Source of the DNA: an uncultured Verrucomicrobiae bacterium
GTDB taxonomy: Bacteria; Verrucomicrobiota; Verrucomicrobiia; Chthoniobacterales; UBA10450
DNA length: 64,000 bases
NCBI GenBank assembly: GCA_963815455.1
Contig: CAWFGO010000001.1
Coordinates: 864,001-928,000 of the forward strand
Direction: 5' to 3'
In this document: positions 22,071 through 31,678 of the stretch, piece by piece
Layout of the letters: each line of letters begins with the position of its first letter
Position numbering within the stretch: position 1 is the stretch's first letter
Made by a program: the position numbers and the translations under genes
The notes under the pieces: model-generated
Databases searched by the model: none
Told to the model about the DNA's origin: nothing
The model's input: only the letters and a program-made list of their open reading frames with translations

Positions 22071-23427
22071 ATTGCTTCTTGATCCTAGGCAGTTGCGGCG
22101 GTGCCGTTGACGAAGCCAGCGTCACAGCAACGATGATCCAGGCAAAAAATGAAGCGATGTGATTGAAAACCACATTCGTATAGAAAAGGCTGCCTGCCAG
22201 GAATGCGCTAAGTACAAAGACCCTTCGCAAGCCTTCATCTGAGATCCGTGCTCGCGTCTTAAAAATCACATAGATCGTGCCAATGCATGTTATCAGAAAT
22301 CCGGCGAGGCCGATCAAGCCTGTTTCCAAAACAAGTCGTGGAAACTGCCACTCGAAACGGTGAAAGGCCATTACTCCAGTTTCTGCAAAAACGCCCGCAA
22401 CTTGCTCTGTGCCAAAGCCGAGGCCCATTGGAGCGATGGCAGCCGCAGGTCCGATTTGCAAAATCGGATCCAGGGTTCTGCTCTCAACCGTATCCCCGGC
22501 CAGTTCGTGGCGTTCGATAACGGTATCCGACAACTTGACGATCATCGGATTCAGATTGAACGCGTATCCGATGAATAGGATTGCTGTGAGTGCGGCAATT
22601 CCTTTGGCCAAATTGACAACAGCGTCCTTACCGGAAACCGCTAGCACAACAAGCATCGCGAGCGCCGTAATGACAGTTCCTCGGGAGATGGAGACTAACG
22701 CGCAAACTAATGAGGCAACATAAAATCCCCATCCTGCAATGATATACGATAGGCGACCACGAGCCAGACAAAGTACGGCCAAACCCGCCCAGCTTCCTAC
22801 AGTCGCGAGGTTCGCATACCCGCTGATGTAGGAAAATGTCCCTACCGCCCGCACATTTTCTTCAAACGCAACCGCCCCTGCCACATCCTCGTTGGCGTAG
22901 TAGTTAATCGCAGCATCGATCGGACTTGAATACTGCGTGATCCCTAAGACTGCGTTCAAAACCGTCAACCCGCCGACTACAAAAACGACGACGTCAATCT
23001 TCATACCCGAGATTCGGCTTACACTCAGATATGCCAGTAAAGGCAAGAGGACCAAGGCGCGAAACGATAAAACTCCTCCGACCAAGTTCAGATCGCGCGC
23101 ACCGCTAAGAACGACGCCCAAAAGAACCAGCGGAATCCCGATGGCCAAAACTCTTCCGAGATATTGCCTGCCAAATGTTTCAACAGTCGGTCTGCAAAAC
23201 AGGACCAGCGCAATCCAAATAAAATCTTTGGAGAAGTAACATGCATATCGCATCAGCCCTCCAGATTCCCGGAATACCCATTTCCGAAGCGTACCTTCGA
23301 AAACGCAGGCAACGATGCTTAACAGCAACATCACCGTTGCAGGTCTCTGGCGGATCCAGCTCATTGCGGCAAGTGTCTCGCCTGCCCGAGCCACGCTTCG
23401 AAAGCCGCTACTTTTTGACATGGGCAA
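22039..23427 (-). CDS. Putative Wzy-type polysaccharide polymerase (multi-TM)
   Basis: About 11 hydrophobic segments, RAVGTFSY, SISRG and GLGFG motifs; EPS context. Confidence 0.55.
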   Translation of the reverse strand: MPMSKSSGFRSVARAGETLAAMSWIRQRPATVMLLLSIVACVFEGTLRKWVFRESGGLMRYACYFSKDFIWIALVLFCRPTVETFGRQYLGRVLAIGIPLVLLGVVLSGARDLNLVGGVLSFRALVLLPLLAYLSVSRISGMKIDVVVFVVGGLTVLNAVLGITQYSSPIDAAINYYANEDVAGAVAFEENVRAVGTFSYISGYANLATVGSWAGLAVLCLARGRLSYIIAGWGFYVASLVCALVSISRGTVITALAMLVVLAVSGKDAVVNLAKGIAALTAILFIGYAFNLNPMIVKLSDTVIERHELAGDTVESRTLDPILQIGPAAAIAPMGLGFGTEQVAGVFAETGVMAFHRFEWQFPRLVLETGLIGLAGFLITCIGTIYVIFKTRARISDEGLRRVFVLSAFLAGSLFYTNVVFNHIASFFAWIIVAVTLASSTAPPQLPRIKKQYVGRMAGATS

Positions 23428-23966
23428 TAGCGCAGGTCACGTGACCGTTCCCGATCGCCGACCTTTGCTGGATTGCCGGTGGCGATCCTATACGGCTCAA
23501 TTCGGCCCCTTACGACGGCACCCGCGCCAACCACCGCGCCGATCCCGATCTCCGCGCCGGGCAGGAGAATCGCCCCAGTGGCAATCCACGCATGGTCCCC
23601 AATAATGATTGGCCCGGCGGTCGTTCTGAAGTCTTCGGAATCAATGTCGTGACTGGCGGTTAACAGAATGACCCCGTCATTAATAACGACGTTTCGCCCG
23701 ATATCGATTCGATCATGCAAGTGGAAAGTCACTCGGCCAACAAAAGTTCCCCGGCCTACCTTTAACTTTGCGGCACACCCGTTAAGCTTACATTTGGCGA
23801 CAAACGCCGGACTTTCTATAGTCGCCCCGCGAAACGTCATCAGCTTTTGAATGATAAGGGATTCCAGCAGGCGCGGGAGAGTGGCAATCCGTTTCGCCCA
23901 GGATTTCAACCAAGGCTGCGACCCGATTGGAAATCGGGTACGGTTTGACCATAAGTATTTCAACAT
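23361..23966 (-). CDS. Hexapeptide-repeat (LbH) O-acetyltransferase
   Basis: ILLTASHD, IGDHAWIATGAILLPG…IGIGAVVGAGAVV…GNPAK. Confidence 0.85.
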   Translation of the reverse strand: MLKYLWSNRTRFPIGSQPWLKSWAKRIATLPRLLESLIIQKLMTFRGATIESPAFVAKCKLNGCAAKLKVGRGTFVGRVTFHLHDRIDIGRNVVINDGVILLTASHDIDSEDFRTTAGPIIIGDHAWIATGAILLPGAEIGIGAVVGAGAVVRGRIEPYRIATGNPAKVGDRERSRDLRYCPCQKVAAFEAWLGQARHLPQ

Positions 23967-24904
23967 TCTTCGAGTGGCCTGACGAGTCTTCGCCCGCGAC
24001 TCCGAAGGTATATTGCGGACGGCAATGCAGCCAGCCATCTTAATAAAAGCAACGGCACTAACCACGGTCGGGAAAGATTGTAACGATTAAACACGAAATG
24101 CCGTAAGCTGGCGACGAGCAAGTGCCCCCAGTTCGCGCGGTTAAGAAAATTTAGCGTGAAATACCAATCGCCTACACAATGATGCCAGCCGGCAATTCGT
24201 TTGTTGCGGATCCAGTTACGCGATCCGCCTTCCGGCGCACCCGTAGCACCCAGGTGATAGATCGACGCCTTCGGTTCGAATACAAACCGTCCACCAGACT
24301 TTCGAAATCTCATGGCAAAATCGGATTCTTCTCGAAAAGCACCTCGTCTATAATTCGAATCCATTCCGCCTATTTCAAAAAATCGATCGCGACGAATTGC
24401 AAAATTACCGCTTGCCATCCAGGCCGTTTGGCAGCGTCCCGAATAATTTTTCGGAAAATACAACCAACCTGTTTCGGGATCTGTCTGGCGCTTCGATAAT
24501 TCTTCGACCGTCTGAGCAGCACCTTCGAGGATTTGCCCGGCGACAGCTTGAGCGCTCGTATCGGAAAATGCTCGCGCATACGAGGCCAGGAAGTCCGGCT
24601 CTATCGAAATGTCATCGTCCAGAAAAAGAAAGATATCTCCCGTCGCGGCACGTGCTCCCAAATTTCGTGCGAGCGACGCGTTTGGTTCTGATTGTCGAAT
24701 ACGAACGATCACCTTCTCGATGGTCCAAGCGGCCAATAGACGCTCTGTCTCAGCGTCGTGCCTTGGGGTTTGATCAACAATCACAATCTCGTGCGGACGA
24801 TGGGTCTGCTGTTGAAGCAGCCGAATCGTTTCGCAGAGAATGCGTCCGCGATTTAGCGTCGGAATGATGCAGCTAATTCGCGGCGTTTTCGGCTGCGGGT
24901 TCAT
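23960..24904 (-). CDS. GT2 family glycosyltransferase
   Basis: ISCIIPTLNR, IVIVDQ, ARNLGA, FLFLDDD, REESD. Confidence 0.88.
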   Translation of the reverse strand: MNPQPKTPRISCIIPTLNRGRILCETIRLLQQQTHRPHEIVIVDQTPRHDAETERLLAAWTIEKVIVRIRQSEPNASLARNLGARAATGDIFLFLDDDISIEPDFLASYARAFSDTSAQAVAGQILEGAAQTVEELSKRQTDPETGWLYFPKNYSGRCQTAWMASGNFAIRRDRFFEIGGMDSNYRRGAFREESDFAMRFRKSGGRFVFEPKASIYHLGATGAPEGGSRNWIRNKRIAGWHHCVGDWYFTLNFLNRANWGHLLVASLRHFVFNRYNLSRPWLVPLLLLRWLAALPSAIYLRSRGRRLVRPLEEC

Positions 24905-25492
24905 CTATTGGGCGATTTCCGATAACCCAGGTTCGCGACGCCCGATGGCTTTCGCCGGCACGCCGGCCCAGATTTCTCCAGGCGGTAACGTCTTCATTTA
25001 CTACGGCACCCGCTCCGATCACTGCACCGCTGCCGATGTGGACCCCTTTCAAAATAACGGCATTTGCACCAATCCAGCAGTCTGAACCGATATCGATCGG
25101 CTCGAAGATGCCAACTTGCTTCCGAATCACAGCCCCAGGAGCAATGGCGTGATCGTGATCGATTAACCGCACGCCGCTTGCTATCAGAGTATCTGCCCCG
25201 ATTTCGATTCTCGCAGCAATATTGAATTCCGCGCCCGTACCAATAAACACTCGATCTCCTATTAAGATAGAAGGGCCTTCTCGATAGGGACCGTCATATT
25301 TGAATGATACGTCATTCTCTATCACGCAGTCGGCCTTGATATAGAGCTGATGCGGCCAGGTGATGCGGTACTCGCCCTAGCTTGAACCGCGTCCTATCTT
25401 GGCGCCAAGGGTCCGATACCAGAATCGCCGGATCATGAGGAGAACCATCCGTTCCTCATCCGAAAGACAAGCTTGGCAACGGTCGCGTTCAT
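24905..25492 (-). CDS. Hexapeptide-repeat (LbH) acyltransferase, frameshifted
   Basis: IDHDH, IGSDCWIGANAVILKGV. The N-terminus (…RRFWYRTLGAKIG) is separated by a stop/indel and the C-terminus (EIWAGVPAK) is in another frame. Confidence 0.75.
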
Positions 25493-25618
25493 TTACTTGC
25501 AATGTGGACAGTGCTGCACCGCCAACCGAGCCGATTCGGCACCAAAACGTTGGGTTGTTCTGTTAACAAAAATCTATCGTGTGCCAACTGCTGTGAAGCA
25601 CAAATCATTCTTGCGCCC

Positions 25619-26902
25619 CTATGCTGCAGCCGGCGCTAAAGATCCTCTCCGCCAACTCGTCCATAATCCTCGGCCGGTCATGTAACTCGTAATAATGAGA
25701 GCGGGGATGAGTGAAATAATGCCAAACACGAGGACACCTGCCACCGAATCAAAGTGCACAAATCGCGCACAGGCAAATTGAACCAGAACTGTGGCGACCG
25801 GAACCGTCCATGTCTGCCAGACCCAGCCCCGGGACAAGGCAAGAGTGTGCACTACCCATGTCAAACCGACCACGACCGAGCTGGTCACAAGCAGGGGGAC
25901 TTCGCGCGTTAGCGAAGCATATTTCCCACCAAGAACCCACAGAATTTCACTTGGAAAAGCGATGCTACAAAACAAGAGGAGCGCTGCAAATACCAAATAA
26001 GCGACCAACGCGGTTACGAAGAGCCGGAGTAAACGATCAAGCGATTCACACCGGGCGAACGTCGGCGCGACCAATCCTGTTAGAATGCTCGCGACCAAGG
26101 CAAAGATTAATGCCAGCCGGCTGAGCGCGCCAAGATCCGCGACTTTCTCCGTCGATCCAAAGATCGAGATGATCCAGATTGTGATTTGGCCCTGGTAGGC
26201 AAAGAAAACCGTCGCCAAAGCTTGTCTTTTCATCAACCCGATCAAAGCTCGCCGATCCGACTCTTCTTCCCTGGATTCGCCGACGAGAATCCTGTTGGCG
26301 CTTCGTCGCAGCAGCATTCCTTGCACCGTCAGAGTGATCGCCGTGACTAGCACCGCGCCGATAGCGTTTAGGAAGAACCATGCCAGGATCGCCAGCAGGA
26401 CGAATCGCAAGCTCGCGCCGAAGAGATCAAACTTCTGCACGGTTGTGTAGAGGGAACGCAGTCGCAATGGAACCGCGTAGATATTTGTGAGAAACGTTCC
26501 CCATATCGTCGCGAGCACGCCGGCTGTCAGTGCGACCGTGGCCGGCCAGGACGCGCCGTTTTTTCTAAGAAGATAAAACGCCGAGAGGACAGTCAGGGGC
26601 ACGGCAACGAAGGCCAGGTAGGAACGCAGACGAAGTGCGATCGCGATGAGTCCGCGCAGTCGTGCCGAATCACTCCATATCCGCCCGCCAACGGCGTTCA
26701 AGCCCCAGCCGATTCCGGAGTCGGTCAACGCGTTTAACAGCGTCTGCAGGCTCGCGGCGATTGTGTAGGCGGCGTATTCCGGTTTGGCCAAAATGCGCAC
26801 GATCAAGAATCCGCTGAGCGCCATGACAGCGTGCACCAGTGTCTGCAATCCGCTGAAAGTGATCAGCGTTCTTGCCTTTCTCTTCAAAACCTCGACGGGC
26901 AC
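25619..26902 (-). CDS. Putative Wzx-type polysaccharide flippase
   Basis: About 12 TM segments, IVRILAKPEYAAY…LTDSGIG pattern; EPS context. Confidence 0.65.
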   Translation of the reverse strand: MPVEVLKRKARTLITFSGLQTLVHAVMALSGFLIVRILAKPEYAAYTIAASLQTLLNALTDSGIGWGLNAVGGRIWSDSARLRGLIAIALRLRSYLAFVAVPLTVLSAFYLLRKNGASWPATVALTAGVLATIWGTFLTNIYAVPLRLRSLYTTVQKFDLFGASLRFVLLAILAWFFLNAIGAVLVTAITLTVQGMLLRRSANRILVGESREEESDRRALIGLMKRQALATVFFAYQGQITIWIISIFGSTEKVADLGALSRLALIFALVASILTGLVAPTFARCESLDRLLRLFVTALVAYLVFAALLLFCSIAFPSEILWVLGGKYASLTREVPLLVTSSVVVGLTWVVHTLALSRGWVWQTWTVPVATVLVQFACARFVHFDSVAGVLVFGIISLIPALIITSYMTGRGLWTSWRRGSLAPAAA

Positions 26903-26948
26903 GCGGCGAAACTAGACTGCAATACCTGGGGAGCAACACCCAGCGCGT

Positions 26949-28701
26949 CTAGCCAAAGCGGCCAATCCAAAAATTCCCGAGAACCAGCACATCCATCTTG
27001 GTGCGCAGGAAACAGTCGAGCGCTTCCTCGGGATAACAGACGATCGGTTCATTTTCGTTAAACGACGTATTCAACACCATGGGAACATCAGTGAGATCGC
27101 GAAAATGCTCGATCAATCGGTAATAGCGCGGGTTAGTTTCCTTGTGCACGGTCTGTAATCGGCCGCTGCCATCGACGTGCGTGACCGCCGGAACCATGGT
27201 GCGGTGTTTTGGACGAAATTGAAACACTTGCATCATGAATGGGACGTCGTCTTCCTGCTCGAACCAGTCCGACACTGCTTCGCGCAGGATCGACGGCGCA
27301 AACGGCCGGAACGATTCCCGTCGTTTGATCTTCGCATTCAAGATGTCTTTCATGTCGGTCCGGCGCGGGTCCGCCAGGATGGAACGATTTCCCAGGGCCC
27401 GCGGCCCCCATTCCATTCGCCCCTGAAACCAGCCGACGACTTTCCCGTCGGCAATCGCTTGCGCGGTCCGGTGCAACAATTCTTCTTCGTTCGGTCATGA
27501 GTGCAATGGTGCAGCCGGCATTGGCGACTTCCGTTCTCTTCCAATCGAGCAAGGCGTGAATTTCCTCCTCGGACGAGATGAAGGGCCAGAGGTAGAGCGG
27601 AATCCAATTTCGACATCTTCCGATTTCGAATTTCGAATTGCACAACAGCGGCCGCGCCGATGGCGCCACCGGCGTCGCCGGCCGCGGCGGGCAGATACAT
27701 TTTCTTGAACGGCGTCCGGCGATAAACCTTGCCGTTGGCGACCGAATTCATCGCACATCCGCCAGCCAGAGCGAGATTGTCGCTCGGGTGCAGTTTGTGC
27801 AGGGCGTGGAGCAGCTCGAAGAACGCTTTTTCGTAAATCGTCTGCACCGAACGCGCGATGTCCTTGTGTTTTTGTTCGAGCGGTTCGTCCGGTTTTCGCG
27901 GCGGGACCGAGAAGAGCGGTCAGCGTTGTTGCGGTAAAGCGTGCCCACCTCGGGCGCGCAATTTTGCCAACTGTAGGAAACGTTGTCGGTGTGGTGCCGG
28001 AAATATTTCAGGTTCAAGCGGAACGTGCCGTCCGGCCGGATCCGGACCATCTCGCGCATCTGCTCGAGGAACGCCGGCTCGCCATAGGGCGCCAGCCCCA
28101 TGACCTTGTATTCGTCGCCGTAATTGGGGAAACCGATGAACTGGGTAAGCGCCGAGTAAAAAATGCCGAGCGAGTGCGGAAAATAAACGCGATTGTCGAT
28201 CTTGATATTGTCGCCCTCGCCGAATCCGAAAGCGGTGCTGGCAAAATCGCCAAAGCCGTCAATGGAAAGACAGGCGGCTTCGTTGAACCCGGAAACGAGA
28301 AAGGCCGAGGCCAGATGGGCGAGATGGTGTTCGACATGATGGATCTCCGCCTTGAGCGCGACCTGATAGTGCGCTTCGAGCGTTTCCTTGATTCGCGGCG
28401 GCGCTGCGAATATTCCGGATCTTTTGCAATCATCAATTTCGGATGCGGCAGATGCGTCAGGACAAACCCGAGCCGGCGCCAATTGTTTACGCCCGGTTTT
28501 CGATTGATCGCGATATGATCGACATCGCGCCAGTTTCAGCCGCCCTTCGCGCAGGCAATAATCGATCGCCTGCGTCGGCAGACCGGCCCAATGCTTGATC
28601 CGGCGAAACCGCTCCTCTTCCGCCGCGGCGACCAGTTTGCCATCAACAATCAAACACGCGGCGGAATCGGCGTGATAAGCGTTAAGTCCCAGGACGATCA
28701 T
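26949..28701 (-). CDS. Carbamoyltransferase (NodU/CmcH/TobZ family), multiply frameshifted
   Basis: GLNAYHADSAA, EEERFRRIKH, EHHLAH, EYKVMGLAPYG, LAGGCAMN, GDAGGAIG, GPRALGNRS, KRRESFRPFAP, LNTSFN across three or more frames. Confidence 0.9.
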
Positions 28702-28767
28702 TGCTTCAGTCTCTTGCCGATACTGGCAAAGATCGCAAATAGTTCGAACGATTCTTTGTGAATTTTT

Positions 28768-29550
28768 CTAAATCTTTTTCGGTGGGGGAAGGGTGCCTCC
28801 GTATTTCCAGATCAACCACGGCAGGTCCAAACCGCGCGCGAGGCGTGGGATGAAAACATGCGGTTGACGCAAGAGTCTGAATGCCCACCCCAGATAGTAT
28901 CGATCGGCCCAATCCGGAATGGCGACTTGATCGCCGGTCAGGAATCCAAGGGCGGCACCGATGCAATGGATCGCGGGCCGATATTCAAGACGATCTCGTA
29001 AATAGCGCCCGAGCTTTTCCTGCGGACCGCTCCCGATGCCAATGATGACATGCGCCGGTCGCCTGCTCTCGATCTTTTCGAGCAGCCGTCGATCTTCCAC
29101 AACGGGTTCGTAATGTGGCGCGACATAAAGATCGACATCGGAAGACGCCGATTGATTTGCGCCTAACCAGCGCGTCGTTCTCTCCCGGGCGCTCTCGTTT
29201 GGCAGGACCCAAAGAACGCTCTCCTGTTTTTCCGCAAACAAGCGCGCCGTCAAATGCTGAAGATATTTTAGCCCTGAAATGCGAGGAATCCTTCGGTCGT
29301 GTAGAAATTTCCAAAGCAAGACCATCGCGCCGCTATCGGGGATGGCGAGATCCGCGCTTACCATCGCCTCGCGATAGATGAGATCGCGACGGAGCCGGGC
29401 AAAACATGTCCCCGATGGCGCGACCATAAAACCGCCACGTTGAAACATGACCTCGAGCGCTCGATCGACATCTCCATCGAAGAAACGAATGCCGAGGATT
29501 TTTTGCGACGCGTAATTTGGTTCGCCCGCCGGGCCGAGGATCTGCTCCAC
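28768..29550 (-). CDS. WecB/TagA/CpsF family glycosyltransferase
   Basis: ADLAIPDSG, IGIGSGPQE, IGAALGFLTG…IPDW. Start approximate. Confidence 0.8.
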   Translation of the reverse strand: MEQILGPAGEPNYASQKILGIRFFDGDVDRALEVMFQRGGFMVAPSGTCFARLRRDLIYREAMVSADLAIPDSGAMVLLWKFLHDRRIPRISGLKYLQHLTARLFAEKQESVLWVLPNESARERTTRWLGANQSASSDVDLYVAPHYEPVVEDRRLLEKIESRRPAHVIIGIGSGPQEKLGRYLRDRLEYRPAIHCIGAALGFLTGDQVAIPDWADRYYLGWAFRLLRQPHVFIPRLARGLDLPWLIWKYGGTLPPPKKI

Positions 29551-29618
29551 GAGGTCAGAGCCTAATCGCGTTTTCGCACCGCGAGAATCTGAATATGCTA
29601 TGCCCTCGTTGACCTCTC

Positions 29619-31262
29619 TTGCTTCCCCCGTCGAATCGAAACCGGCTCTCAACCGAGTTGACTCGTCCCGTTCTTGTCCTTGGTGGTCTCTTTCTGGCCG
29701 GGCTCTGGTTCGTACTCTGCCGGCATCTAAGCGACGAATGGACGGTCAACGAACAATACAATTACGGCTGGTTCGTCCCTTTTTTTGCGCTCTTTCTTTT
29801 CTGGTTGCGGTGGGAGGCGCGTCCCGCGCCGGAGATCGGCGATCGGCGGCGAACGTGGGTCGCGGCGCTTATCGTTGTTTCCGCGCTTCTGTTGCTCTTA
29901 CCGGTCCGCGTCTTTGAAATCGGCAATCCCGATTGGCGGCCACTCAGTTGGTTCCATGCCGGTATTGTCGTCGCGATCACTTTGTTTGCGGTCTGGTTTG
30001 CCGGGGGCCGTCCCTGGCTGCGGCATTTCGCGTTTCCAATCGTTTTCTTTCTGGTCGCCGTGCCTTGGATCACGCCGATCGAGGTTCCGATCATCCAGGG
30101 CCTGATGCGATTTGTGGCCGGTTTCGCAACGGAAGCGGTTGCGCTGCTTGGAATTCCCGCAGAACTCGACGGCAATCTGATTCGGATCAACAACGGGCTG
30201 GTCGGCGTGAACGAAGCCTGCAGCGGCGTCCGCTCGTTTCAAACCTCGCTCATGATCGGCCTTCTTTTTGGCGAGCTAAAACGATTGTCGATCTTCAACC
30301 GGGTAGCGCTGGTTGCCGGCGCGATCGCCATCGCCGTGGTCGCCAATTTGGGGCGCGCCACTTTTCTGGTTTGGATCGCCGCCACCAAAAATATCTCCGA
30401 GGTTGATCGCTGGCACGATCTCGCCGGTTACGCAATCGTCGGGATTGTATTCGTCGGCTCGATGTTTTTGGCCGGCTGGCTGGCTAGGCAACAGAGGTCA
30501 CAGGTCGACTCTCCCTCTGGCCGCTCGTCACTCGTCACTCGTCACTTTTTTCGACTTCCTAATTTCTACTTTCTAATTCCGGCCGTGATTTGGATTGCGC
30601 TTGTCGAAATCGGCGCGGCGTCCTGGTACCGGGCGCACGAAACGAACCTGGCGGCGACAGCACGCTGGGATGTTCGCTGGCCGGAATCGGCGCCAAATTT
30701 TCACGAACTGAAAATTCAACAGGCAATCAAGAACACATTGCGCTTCGACGATGGCCGCGAGGTCGCCTGGCGCGAAGAAGCAGATTCGGCCAAGGGCGGA
30801 CTGTATCTGCTTTATTTTTTCCGCTGGGAGCCGGGAACATCGACGGTCCTGCGAGCACGCGCACATCGCCCCGATATCTGTCTGCCCAGTGCGGGCTGGC
30901 GACAAACCGCCGACGAAGGCACTCGTATGTACTCAGTAACAGACAAATTTGCGGTGCCATTTCATCATTTCGCCTTTACCCGCGAAGGCACGGTGCACTC
31001 CCCGCCGGTCTATGCTCATGCCTTCTTTTGTTTGCGCGAAGATACGGTGCGACCCGGTGAAGCGTCGCAGTTAAGCAAGAGTAACCCGGGCGACTGGTCG
31101 CGATCAGAGCGCTGGCGTGTTGTGCGCGAGGGAATTCGCAACCCGGGCCAGCAGGTGATGGAGTTTCTTATGGTGTCGCCGCACCAGCGTTCTAGCGCAG
31201 AAGCCGCGGAGCGCTTCGAACGGCTTCTTCCGGAACTAATCAAGGTGGAAGATAGAAAGTAG
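29619..31262 (+). CDS. Exosortase family transpeptidase with C-terminal periplasmic (EpsI-like) domain
   Basis: QYNYGWFVP; catalytic-triad motifs VNEACSGVRS (Cys), ANLGR (Arg), WHDLAG (His); HRPDICL in the C-terminal domain. Confidence 0.85.
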   Translation: MLPPSNRNRLSTELTRPVLVLGGLFLAGLWFVLCRHLSDEWTVNEQYNYGWFVPFFALFLFWLRWEARPAPEIGDRRRTWVAALIVVSALLLLLPVRVFEIGNPDWRPLSWFHAGIVVAITLFAVWFAGGRPWLRHFAFPIVFFLVAVPWITPIEVPIIQGLMRFVAGFATEAVALLGIPAELDGNLIRINNGLVGVNEACSGVRSFQTSLMIGLLFGELKRLSIFNRVALVAGAIAIAVVANLGRATFLVWIAATKNISEVDRWHDLAGYAIVGIVFVGSMFLAGWLARQQRSQVDSPSGRSSLVTRHFFRLPNFYFLIPAVIWIALVEIGAASWYRAHETNLAATARWDVRWPESAPNFHELKIQQAIKNTLRFDDGREVAWREEADSAKGGLYLLYFFRWEPGTSTVLRARAHRPDICLPSAGWRQTADEGTRMYSVTDKFAVPFHHFAFTREGTVHSPPVYAHAFFCLREDTVRPGEASQLSKSNPGDWSRSERWRVVREGIRNPGQQVMEFLMVSPHQRSSAEAAERFERLLPELIKVEDRK

Positions 31263-31286
31263 GAATTACAAAGTAGGAAGTAGAAA
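31248..31286 (+). repeat. Heptamer tandem array (GRAAGTA-like), left arm
   Basis: gaagata-gaaagta-ggaatta-caaagta-ggaagta-gaaa. Confidence 0.75.
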
Positions 31287-31291
31287 ACGAG

Positions 31292-31655
31292 ATGGAAAAA
31301 GATCTGGAGCAACGAACGAAGCGATTCGCATTGGCGGTCATTAGATTTGTATCGGCGCTGCCGCGAACGCGCGAAGCAGACGTCTTGGGAAGACAGCTGT
31401 TGCGCTCGGCAACGTCCATCGGTGCAAATTATCGAGAGGCAAACCGCGGGGTGTCCCGGGCCGATTTCGCAAACAAGATCGGTACCGTCCAAAAGGAGGC
31501 TGCCGAAACGCAGTACCTGGCTGGAGCTGGTAACAGAATCCGGAACGGCAAAAGATCCGGCGGCTGATCTTCGCCGCGAGTCATCTGAGCTGCTTGCGAT
31601 TTTTGCAAGCATTGGCAAGAAACTCAAAGAGCAGTCGTCACCTTCTAATTTCTAA
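31292..31655 (+). CDS. Four-helix-bundle protein (23S rRNA IVP / TIGR02436-like), +1 frameshift near 31517
   Basis: DLEQRTKRFAL…QLLRSATSIGANYREA…SRADFANKI…KEAAETQY then WLEL…SSELLAIF in the next frame (cag tac c tgg). Confidence 0.88.
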
Positions 31656-31677
31656 TTTCTACTTCCTACTTCCTTCT
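31643..31677 (-). repeat. Heptamer tandem array, right arm (reverse complement of left arm)
   Basis: ttctaat-ttctaat-ttctact-tcctact-tccttct. Confidence 0.75.
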
Positions 31678-31678
31678 A

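Noticed and set aside
31292..31655. Diversity-generating retroelement (Avd-like gene)
   Set aside because: No reverse transcriptase or TR/VR pair was seen in the window.
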